The notes below the pieces were generated by a model, which did not search any database, was not told the origin of the DNA, and saw only the letters and a list, made by a program, of their open reading frames with translations. DNA of 64,000 nucleotides from an uncultured Gammaproteobacteria bacterium (GTDB lineage Bacteria > Patescibacteriota > Microgenomatia > JAMCZE01), in NCBI GenBank assembly GCA_964576435.1, contig CAZNUP010000002.1:42112-106111 (forward strand), in the 5' to 3' direction. Shown here piece after piece: positions 20,301-24,017 of the stretch (within the stretch, counting starts at the first letter, position 1; the number at the start of each line of letters is the position of its first letter). A program made the position numbers and the translations under genes.

Positions 20301-21763
20301 TTAACACTTCTGCGCCCGCCGCGGTTGTGGATATCAGAGGTTCTCAAGGATCAAACACCATGTCTGGAATAATTCCTGTGGCATCAATTTCAGGTCAAAC
20401 ATCGTTTGCAGCACTTGTTGTGAACAACAATTTCAGCACTGGAGATATTTTTACGGCATCAGCATCGGGACTTAATAGGTTTGTGATCAAAAATAATGGC
20501 TGGGTGGGGATTGGAACTGCGAACCCGTCAGCGACGTTGGATCTTGTCGGGAACGCAAGCATTTCTGGGCAGCTAGTTTTCCCTGGGTCAACAAACATAA
20601 ATGGAAGCTGGATTCGTGGAGATGGGGGAAATAGTCATTTGGAAATCGGAACTGGTACCATTCAAGATGCAAATGCCCGGCTTTATATTACTTCGGCTGG
20701 AAATATTGGCGTCAATACAACAAATCCAGGTCAGACATTTGATATAAATGGATCACTGAGGGTGAGAACATCGGTTGCTGGGACGGATACAAGGACACTT
20801 TGTGTGCCTGACACAACGGGAGTTGTTGAATTTGTGAACGGAGCTTGTGGAACTTCATCTCTTAGATATAAAGAAAATGTCAAAGATATTGGATATGGTT
20901 TGGATCAAATCAAGCAACTAAAACCAGTCTTCTTCAACTATATTCGAGATTCGGAGGTACCAAATGACTTGGATTTGAAAGACGATAGAACAAAGAGACG
21001 AATCGGTTTTATTGCTGAAGAAATGCAGCAAGTAGTTCCTGAGGTTGTTATTTGGCAAAATGGACAAATTGAGAGCATTGACTATTCCTACTTAACAGCT
21101 CTCTTAACCAAGGGTGTGCAAGACCTGGCAGGCGAGGTTGACGCTTTGAAGGTGGATGTGTCAAACATCGCTCCTGATATTTCCAATCAGTTGTCAGAGA
21201 TTCCGCAAATTAAAGCTGATTTGGCTCAAACTCAGTCAGAAATGGCATCGGTGTCAGCACAACTGGCTGATGTGTCGACAAGACAGGCTTCTGATTCAGC
21301 AAAACTCGCAGAACTTTTGGAGAAGGGGATGGCGACAAACTCTGGAAACATTAATGGAGCGACGGTTTCTGGAGACCTTAAAGTTCTCGGTATTACTGAG
21401 CTTGCTAAGACGGTTATTGGTGGCAAATTGTCAGTTGGACTTGTGATGATCGATGACATTAAAGCGGAGATTTCAAGTTTGACGGGACTTGTCAAAATTG
21501 ATGGCATCTTGTCGATCTTAAAGCTTCGAGTTGATACAGGTGATGTGGCAGCAGCTTCGGCCGGGAAAGCCACGATTTTGTCAGGCGAATCTGAAATTGA
21601 AATCACAACAACAGCGCTGACACCTGATTCGATGATCTTTGCTACACCAGAGGATGTGCCAGTGGCTGTGTCGACGACTAAGACTGGGGGAAATAAATTC
21701 AAGATTAAGCTTGCTAGCCCTGCAGTTTCAGATATTAAGATTAGTTGGTGGATTGTAAATTAG
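2369..21763 (+). CDS. Giant (6464-aa) membrane-anchored repetitive fibre-like protein with an N-terminal MerR-type HTH domain, one TM helix, tandem Gly/Ser/Thr-rich repeat modules and a C-terminal peptidase S74 (intramolecular chaperone auto-processing) domain
   Basis: A single uninterrupted ORF of 19.4 kb. The start is TTG at 2369; an alternative ATG is at 2450. The N-terminus LISASELIRLASERGFS...NRLRYYTKIGLIP...YTLDLLLKIQGLRKGGQDVSQVKEHM fits the MerR HTH pattern. A hydrophobic helix IWKYAIPVILLFLLLGGLVITA lies about 160 aa in. There are more than 15 copies of modules such as ...ALVVDNSGVGDLFTASSSGLTRFVINQNGNVGIGT..., CL(V/I)GNTGSAPSWSxC...WQRN and WQLNSGVLAPNDVTQSLAIGG.... The C-terminus has GTSSLRYKENV...LDQIKQLKPVFFNY...RIGFIAEEMQQVVPEVV...IDYSYLTALLTKGVQDL, which is the S74 ICA-domain signature. 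Confidence 0.85.
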   Translation: MNDKLISASELIRLASERGFSFGRGNPMNRLRYYTKIGLIPHAVRKQALPGQPYTVGYYPDYTLDLLLKIQGLRKGGQDVSQVKEHMKVEQVRAHVRSQLPTAQVGEGLNSDNLLHASEYLSNNTQSSRSISNDTVLETQNEITELGNDSEKKSEKKIWKYAIPVILLFLLLGGLVITASNSLWGKQSFFQIASLLNNSHKETVELAQSQGEVLAGFDVNKFLQFNSRVRFQNTFLNLSGDEVSIDQDLLTTSEPTFATLNLTAGTNQIVLGGNGTLAWPTITGNQTISFPDASGTVLLATSSAITINTSGNLSGGGSVSLGGSITLTGNSSGVTATTSAGYIPMMEANGQFGNSMLAQSGGNLYVNGTQGVTLPSVSCVITENGIVTGSATCPTLGVSGTPNSIVKFVTSNTVGDSSISDTGSAVTIANPLTITTGGITLTGSQAIDSSGGTLSIGTSGQTSLTLGRNAAPTIINGATITAGPLVLNTTTNVATFSGQVGVGGDLDVSGFYRANGVPGVSLATASCVITTNGIVTSSAACPGSGSGGSKWQLNSGVLAPNDVTQSLALGGISTGSAQVYFNAVSGDGTFAGALAAATLNTGQGANELYAMNQDVRTSDAPTFGGLTLSNLTTNNGLLYTNGSGVLAQTTAGTSGQCLVGNTGSAPSWSDCGTASGDDWQRNAGAISPLNVTDSLIIGGTATSSGKFQIYGVSSLNPVASISASSSKAAFIVDNTVGDLFTASSSGLSRFVIKQNGNIGIGTSNPGGAFQVVGGGTSFTLNSSGVLTSQFNVANDIVPTTDASRSLGNSSNGWFSLYTNQIHSTNSEDLSLNSSGTQIYVLDTLNFGSVSTDIITGTNEDLVITPGGTGNVGINTSTPQAKFQVFNSSNSQTASISAANGKSALLVDNTVGDLITASSSGISRFTVKQNGDVIINTLAASNAVTYVDSTGKLNGVTPNGSSIMCLTQATSGAPQWSDCNSGGGISGSGTLNYISKFTPDGSTLGNTGLYETSGALGYGTIAPLAKLDIQGGATTSAIASFSGATGKASLVVDNSVGDLFTASSSGMTRFVINQNGNVGIGTSNAANALDVKGNVTVRGNSTGTPGGSQGLLLGYSSTGNVGSITSIYSGNYFTTLSLVAAEITFNTGASGTEQMRLTQQATLGLGTTVPLGRLDVRGNSTIANSGTNSVATFSGATSKAVLVVDNSGVGDLITASSSGMSRFTVKQNGDVIINSLAAANAVTYVDSTGKLNGITPNGTGTALCLTQTSSGTPTWASCNSGGGISGSGTLNYISKFTPDGSTLGNSSIFDNGSVQIGGATPVALFNIGANSDVRINGTGDITARTFNGNTIATGSGNLTISGTANVDQDLRTVSSPTFAGLTLSSLTTNNGLLYTNGSGVIAQSAAGATGECLIGNTGSAPTWSSCSSAASDDWQRNSGVLSPTNITDSLIIGGTSTASGKFQVYGLSSLNPVASISGSSAVAALVVDNSAGDVFTASTSGLTRFVVNKNGNIGIGTSNPTRPFHVVDGSSVIYASNNIGTTLAYGTSSLDARNGFVTLGNNAGSITYNGTEFYPQVSNNVNIGRASLTYKNLYLNNLQVLNSGTTANASISGSTAFAGLVVDNSGVGDLITASSSGASRFTVKQNGDVVINSLAAANAVTYVDSTGKLNGITPNAGAIQCLTQTSSGTPVWAACSSGGGLSGSGTLNYISKFTPDGSTLGNTGLYETSNALGYGTIAPLAKLDIQGGATTSAIASFSGSTGTAALVVDNSVGDLFTASSSGLSRFVIKQNGTVGIGLSAPGNLQIGVDGAGAANNFTAYGTTSGGRIVMNGSGLSNPRGTNNLWLRASDLVISNGTITTVNSDLTLAPMSTYNTVITSGNVGIGSATPGTTLDITGTLRASGVTTLSNYTTNNGLLYTNGSGVVAQTAAGSTGECLIGNTGSAPSWSSCSSAASDDWQRNAGVLSPTNITDSLIIGGTATSSGKFQIYGVSSLNPVASISASSSQAALVIDNTVGDLFTASSSGLTRFVINQNGNVGIGTSNPSYKLDVVGTNMQFWNGGTGNGFNFTTAASGGDVTLTATGPTSAGDFIIKPVSTSGSDLILTSPNGITKVRGGDPLLNIEESNGTLRYAFSKNTATFDWADYPGVLTFDTNGISYAGAALNLGTSDSNLVALKTGGSERMRVDTNGNIGVGTTAPIGLLNVSNKATGKALTILNETGDQNILVGSASGTTEFVFDRTGGLTLTGLAGSANSLVYVDANGKLTNTAAGTSGQCLVGNTGAPASWSSCSGAAGGLFWQRNSGVLAPQNISESLAIGGTSTSSALAYFDGVNGNALLRGGLSVASSSGAAALTVNQSSTGDIFTASAAGVSKFVITAAGNVGIGTTVPGASLSINNSSGTSADIVQQGTSFYGLLRGNLIRGGTSSSIYGQIDLYNGSTGDLNIIPRGSNNFTVVTNSIERFRIDGNGNVGVGTTVPLATLNVKTVGNTQTASISGTSGTAALLVDNTVGDLFTASSSGASRFTVKQNGDVIINSLAAANAVTYVDSTGKLNGITPNGTGTALCLTQTSSGTPTWASCNSGGGISGSGTLNYISKFTPDGSTLGNSGLFDTGSALSYGTTNALATLDIRSQSGITGIASISGSTAHAALVVDNSGVGDIFTASSSGLTRFVIQQNGNVAIGGAVRLGQNGGANDVLNTAAAIGAPSGQLYWGSRYLCDSTNNCVGGGGGGAIGGGGVANYISKFTPDGNNIGNSQLYDTGSAIAIGTTSPLATIDVRSQSGITGIASISGSTAHAALVVDNSGVGDIFTASSAGLARFVIKNSGNIGIGTTTTTAKLTLLTSGVGDGFTAINSSTLGANSGAGIVGRTSSDPTGADQRLGFYVFGSNGSNAANSAGMLGYAGGAWSGSSKPAYLTFETTAVGSTSRAEQMRIDANGNVGISSSVPGAKLDVLTSAGSGQTALFSNYGTGVPLTLTNGSGSTSNVFSATRFGSQVFRVGGTGDYAMYASHTSATVPVGFIYNSDVSGTGLNILGANGATGKLLYVQSWGSTDLLTVKGNGDVIMNGGNIGIGSASPIGKLNVSGAATGKALTILNETGDQNILVGSASGVTEFVFDRSGGLTLTGLSGSANSLVYVDANGKLTNTAAGTSGQCLVGNTGSPASWSDCGTASGDDWQRNAGALSPKNISDSLIIGGTATSSGKFQVYGVSSLNPVASISASSSQAALVIDNTVGDLFTASSSGLTRFVIQQNGNVGIGYSNPSGAKLAINGGVGIGTTTASYALDVEGNIRSRSTGYIGTNAEDLGLYLGPDTSRFIFARSGGTLSIGAGSNDRITLLSGGNVGINSTTPGANFDVTGTARISGVTTLSNYTTNNGLLYTNGSGVIAQTAAGATGECLIGNTGSAPSWSSCSAAAGGLFWQRNSGVLAPQNISESLAIGGTSTSSALAYFDGVNGNALLRGGAYIASSSGKAALTVNQSSTGDLFTASAAGASRFVINNVGNVGVGTSNPTNKLYVAAGAIAAGSNGVLFSGDISGGNMYSAQLGVFNSGSANAPTRLQFGDLTAGEGTAVIESARTGSLTGYLAFQTRNTNYVEAMRINSDGNVGINTTLPVNKLDVSGSAAFGSYAGANSAPSNGLIVSGNVGVGTTTPGGILEVSGHLTGWNPFVLFEDTGDPGAGATTLEIKNSQSDLKIRAYGSTAPSYLANAVGLWSDANDMINGVGSGKKIYLASNDNYANPEVTIAAGNVGIGSVTPGFKFDVNGNTNSTAYYVGGVAGAASVSNSCVNVTNGIVTSAGTCALAGNQWQLNSGVIAPYDVTQSVAIGGTATSSALVYFNGVNGNALLRGGLSVASSSGAAALTVNQSSTGDIFTASAAGASKFVITAAGNVGIGSSAPGNKFVVNGGALVDGGSVGVIKGDNSTGSFTAHLNLLNNGTAGNVVRLGFGDETAGEGVAAIESARTGSQQGYLSFRTRNATMNEVGRFDHTGNLGIGYSSSLNGKLVVNGNVGIGTSTANAALEVVGTTGMLLKANSSSAGFTIKDRASVPGDQLIFEGNTGNYTVFNVGTNGATSGSPKQSGFALWTVDPDSTDDATQFQVQSNPTYGGVVFTQKFGSGAQGDYPISLQSVWDQVSTPSQLVLGTGGNVGVGSSSPGNKLDVTGTLRASGVTTLSNYTTNNGLLYTNGSGVIAQTAAGSTGQCLVGATGSAPSWAACAAGSRWQLNSGVLAPNDVTQSLAIGGTATGSALAYFDGVNGNALLRGGLSVASSSGKAALTVNQSSTGDLFTASAAGASRFVINNAGNVGIGTSNPTQKLVVGGATSELELYSDSDLGTIDSRALGGSSSRWLVINPSGGNVGIGTTGVSNSKFLVYGDSGASATNSLAIFGDNLGMSTDVNRAKVTIGNTDGISELLLGQDSTHGLLFNWNYNATAGNAYGVLETYGGNNPLALQTAGGNVGIGSITPGYKLDVNGNTNSTGYYVGGVAGASVTGQCVTTTNGIVTASATCPATGGSKWQLNSGVLAPNDVTQSLAIGGTATSSALVYFDGVNGNALLRGGLSVASSSGKAALTVNQSSTGDIFTASAAGASKFVITSAGNVGVNTTNPAALLEIHSSNNYSNSGLVLTNNVGVVSGGLSLGGSGEVIFSSSNLNYLSIQAGGFGIANSINDSYSGLLQVPNGLQVNPASASSIGLSVFGESGQTANLSNWYDSSSNLLFSVNNRGYIANEGNITGLNNIPGSLSVNDILSVAATSSAYPAFRLNATTGQAAMVINQDDPGGDLFTASAAGSPKVVISNVGFLGVGTTTPGGIGHFRQDANGGVRVYVDNASNGSSASVGIALRATLLTGDGTFNIAKYGSGYSDNPNWTNAGVISAWNDVAGIRISSFNGLAFETGNNAVRGSWTNTGNLGINTTAPLSLFDVRGVNGTNAYSGISSVATISGQTSFATLVVDNSGVGDLFTASSSGLTRFVINQNGNIGIGTTYPTAKLAFGAATTAAGGIDFGGDVSLYRSAADILKTGDTFSIRSTIGITATGPALIVGGDGLSDGVGNVGINKGSIEYYSSGYGLNLGRPNIGPIESIISRSTDGSTGYIDIGNNTGWTATTLQASGGNVGIGTTVPMATLDVRRSNGTIATASISGATSFAGLVVDNSGVGDLFTASSSGLTRFVINNVGDVLPGTDDAQDLGSNALRWRDLYLGSDTLHIGTSTSDEYTLSYNTASNYLGFNVNGSGNSEVVFDANGNVGIGSITPGSKLDVAGSISMSGSQTLTSTGTLGIGTANQTALTLGRPGAPTVIDGSTITINGALINGGGSATISGTLGLGGDASFSAKLTLDSTTPQINATNNRPLQLGFMNTGSVQFMNASNYVDANNNLYINGVLISGSAVQGHWQRNSGAVAPTNITDSLLVGGTSTASAKFQVYGLSALNPVASISGSSSKAALIVDNTVGDLFAASSSGLSRFVINQNGNVGIGTTNPAALFAAGQSNQFRVNSAGTAYITNAAGSISLASYIDDEWGTFITTIGGSGQNWKISPNPGNRTAIAYRNFQIADSYNPFQFTFRTTVEDGSGANNLTLSSYFEPWQTNRGNMAALYVPYTVDAAASQNGIVRGIYVDSTETSLNGFTNNLIDLRVGGVPKFVVGASGTSTTATVSGTTSSAALVVDNSGVGDVFSASAAGVSRFVVTSGGNIGIGTNIPGYKLQVASGQIAVADGSAGTPSYSFFNDPDNGMFRPGPNTIGLSAGGSQVFYGTLGGSVVSGYMVGDASPLTLGNNNDWGVGEQMQFDYADDSTVVSRIGSNQHASGDYSLDFYTTTDGGSSLPARLRIGHDGNIGINTTAPLSLLDVRGISGTNAYSGISSVATVSGKTSFAAMVVDNSGVGDLFTASSSGLSRFVISQNGNIGIGTTVPDAKVTILGGNDIKFTGVSAQNQASFIGSNATDDFSILAGIGNGKTLTIGANGSLTSLNRIILSSTALQILPGNTNVGINTSAPAAVVDIRGSQGSNTMSGIIPVASISGQTSFAALVVNNNFSTGDIFTASASGLNRFVIKNNGWVGIGTANPSATLDLVGNASISGQLVFPGSTNINGSWIRGDGGNSHLEIGTGTIQDANARLYITSAGNIGVNTTNPGQTFDINGSLRVRTSVAGTDTRTLCVPDTTGVVEFVNGACGTSSLRYKENVKDIGYGLDQIKQLKPVFFNYIRDSEVPNDLDLKDDRTKRRIGFIAEEMQQVVPEVVIWQNGQIESIDYSYLTALLTKGVQDLAGEVDALKVDVSNIAPDISNQLSEIPQIKADLAQTQSEMASVSAQLADVSTRQASDSAKLAELLEKGMATNSGNINGATVSGDLKVLGITELAKTVIGGKLSVGLVMIDDIKAEISSLTGLVKIDGILSILKLRVDTGDVAAASAGKATILSGESEIEITTTALTPDSMIFATPEDVPVAVSTTKTGGNKFKIKLASPAVSDIKISWWIVN
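5981..6300 (+). repeat. Intragenic DNA repeat unit of about 320 bp inside the giant ORF; a copy at about 92% identity lies at 9899-10218 and diverged copies near 5100 and 7200
   Basis: Direct comparison of the 5981-6300 and 9899-10218 segments shows long identical runs, for example ggtgatgtgatcattaactctcttgcagcagcaaacgc. Confidence 0.8.
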
Positions 21764-21995
21764 CTTAATATCTGGGCTTGAAGTATTAATTAATCAGGTT
21801 TGGAAATAATAGATAATGTTTTTGTAAACGTCTAAGACCTTTAAGTATGAGCTGTGGCTCCTTAATGGGAGGGGTAACGAGCGTTTAAATTAAACTTCAT
21901 GTGGATGTTGCATGGTGATTGGCTCAGATTTAAATAAGGATGATGTCAGTTAAACACTTGGTCTGGGGTTAAAATAGAAGTTGTTGGGGAAATTT

Positions 21996-23750
21996 TTAGA
22001 ACTCGATGATGAGAGGAACTTCTGATATAGGCACCGTTGTTAGACCATCTTTTGTTTCTGCTTGATATTGTTTTCCAGATATTTCAGTTAGTGTAACCGG
22101 CCCTCTAAATTGCAAAACAGACTGTTTTTCGGGTGCGTTTTTATCACGTTTATTAGTCCAGACAATCTCTTTTCTTTTTTGGTTGGGTGCAATAAAAATA
22201 TAACCTTCTATGTATTCAGGATCTGAGGTTTCTATTGATAAGAACTTAGATCCACCAAAGATTTTCTGCATGGTTTTGAAGACGTTGTAGACTGGCAATT
22301 TTTCACCAGTGTTTTCTTTTATGAGGCCGCAATATTCTGAGGTTGCACCGGGTCTTCCGAAAAGAGTGAAATAATTTATGTCCCTAACTGAGTCTTTAGA
22401 GGCTACTTGGGCGAGGGTTTTTGCAACTCGAGTTGGCTGTTCATTCATGGTTGTTGGCCCTGCGCAGTACCCAATTTCACTAAAGACAATAGGTTTGACT
22501 CCGCCATACTGACGCATCAAATCTTCTGTCCATTTTATTTTCCCCCTAACACTTCCACCAGAATAGGGGTCGTTTTGAATCCACACGGGCATTGTTTTTT
22601 GGTCGTCATAATAGTGGATATCCATATAATCGAAGAATGGTTGATTGGCAGACGCTTGCATAACTCTTGTTAAGAAATCAAGTGACTTTGGGCCATAGAG
22701 AGCAAATCTAGATGTCCCCAATTTTACTTCAGGGTTTGTGGTTTTTAGCTTGTCATAGACGATCCTCATCATGGTCACATAGTCAGTGCTATCGATTTGT
22801 TTGTTATTATTTAAATCTTCGTCTGTCCAATAGATGGGGGAGCCACATGCTGGTTTGGCTCCTGGTTTCCTTGTATTTTGTTGATAGTCAATTTCATTAA
22901 AAAGGGTAACATATGCTGCTTTTGGGGCTCCGTTTTTACCGTTATAACGGTTGGCAATTAGATTTACAAAATTTGCTAAGTTGCTGTATTGACTAGGGTC
23001 AATTGGATAAGGGTAATCGTTGTTACAAGTTAGGGGAATTTTTGAAAGTCCTCCTTTAACGGCATAATCTGGAACCCCGCCAATAAAGATCCCGCAGTCG
23101 AGATTTTTATCTCTACATTCAGCCATGTTAGCATCTAAATATCTTCCGACATTGGCAATTATTTGTGAGTCTGACATTTTTTCTTGAGGTTGGGCGGCTG
23201 ACCAGTAAATACCTGGTTGCATAGATTTGACTCCTAGATCGGCTCTTTCAGTTGGTCCTTGCCCACTTCCTAAACCTCCGATACCATAGTTTGTTGGATA
23301 GTTAAATTCTTCTGGGACTGTTAAAGTCTTGACGTTGTAGTAGTTTCTTTCACTGGTTGGATTTTTGGGGTCGGAAATTTGGTTGGCGGTAATTTTAACT
23401 CTTTGACCAACTAATGGCTCAAAGAATTTAGAAGGATCAGTTGGTAGGGTGTATTGCTTTTTTACTCCTTCACTTGGCTTTATCCAAAAATTTTGCCCTT
23501 CTTGGTTGTAGAGTTTGTAACAATAGTTGTAACCGTTAGCTTCATTGCATTTATTGATGCTGCCGCCTGGTTGGATTATGCCGTAAATTTCTATATTTTT
23601 ATTGGGGTTAAGTTCTGCAATTGCTAGAGCTTGTCCTGATATCTGTTTTGAGGACTCTATGAAGAGGATTATAAGCAGGGGAATGGTGACAGATATGATG
23701 AGCGCTAAAAGAAGGGTGATTCTGACTGATCCAATATTTTGTTTTTTCAC
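21996..23750 (-). CDS. Membrane-anchored putative glycoside hydrolase (GH-A clan (beta/alpha)8-like)
   Basis: It has an N-terminal TM anchor. There is an NE motif (VTLFNEID) and a second Glu motif (IVFSEIGY) in the positions expected for the clan GH-A acid/base and nucleophile. The family cannot be assigned. Confidence 0.4.
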   Translation of the reverse strand: MKKQNIGSVRITLLLALIISVTIPLLIILFIESSKQISGQALAIAELNPNKNIEIYGIIQPGGSINKCNEANGYNYCYKLYNQEGQNFWIKPSEGVKKQYTLPTDPSKFFEPLVGQRVKITANQISDPKNPTSERNYYNVKTLTVPEEFNYPTNYGIGGLGSGQGPTERADLGVKSMQPGIYWSAAQPQEKMSDSQIIANVGRYLDANMAECRDKNLDCGIFIGGVPDYAVKGGLSKIPLTCNNDYPYPIDPSQYSNLANFVNLIANRYNGKNGAPKAAYVTLFNEIDYQQNTRKPGAKPACGSPIYWTDEDLNNNKQIDSTDYVTMMRIVYDKLKTTNPEVKLGTSRFALYGPKSLDFLTRVMQASANQPFFDYMDIHYYDDQKTMPVWIQNDPYSGGSVRGKIKWTEDLMRQYGGVKPIVFSEIGYCAGPTTMNEQPTRVAKTLAQVASKDSVRDINYFTLFGRPGATSEYCGLIKENTGEKLPVYNVFKTMQKIFGGSKFLSIETSDPEYIEGYIFIAPNQKRKEIVWTNKRDKNAPEKQSVLQFRGPVTLTEISGKQYQAETKDGLTTVPISEVPLIIEF

Positions 23751-23832
23751 GAATATGTTTTTATCTTAAAGTATTAGATATAAAATTGATATCTATCACT
23801 TTTACACTGTACTAGTAGTTAATATCATTTTA

Positions 23833-23861
23833 TTGCTCTTTGTCAATCCTGACTGTATAAT
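23833..23861 (+). promoter_or_regulatory. Sigma70-type promoter with an extended -10 (TTGCTC N17 TGTATAAT) upstream of the leuS leader
   Basis: TGTATAAT lies at 23854-23861, with TTGCTC 17 nt upstream. Confidence 0.45.
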
Positions 23862-24017
23862 AGTTTATATAAGTTATGATCCCGACTATCTCACCGGGGG
23901 AATTTATCGAAAAGCTTGCGAAAGTAGCTTAGAAATTAAGAAGCAAACAAGGTGGTACCACGGAAGTTTCCGTCCTTGTATACTAAATATTAGTAGTATA
24001 TAGAGGGCGGCTTTTTT
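23862..24017 (+). promoter_or_regulatory. T-box-like leader RNA for leuS (candidate Leu CUC specifier, T-box motif, terminator/sequestrator helix and U-run)
   Basis: AACAAGGUGGUACCACGG at 23946-23963 matches the T-box consensus AGGGUGGNACCGCGG (UGGU would pair with the ACCA end of tRNA-Leu). A long hairpin CCGUCC...GGGCGG at 23970-24010 is followed by UUUUUU directly before the ATG. A candidate specifier CUC-A is at 23890-23893 in a hairpin loop. AGAGGG inside the 3' arm may be a sequestered SD. Confidence 0.5.

Noticed and set aside
3418-21702. Numerous 60-160-aa ORFs on the minus strand and in other plus-strand frames inside the giant gene (e.g. 3418-3843, 9028-9423, 11491-11940, 15190-15612, 21232-21702)
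   Set aside because: They are shadow ORFs of a very long, compositionally biased coding region. None has conserved motifs or its own expression signals, and they are all contained within the far stronger 19.4-kb frame.
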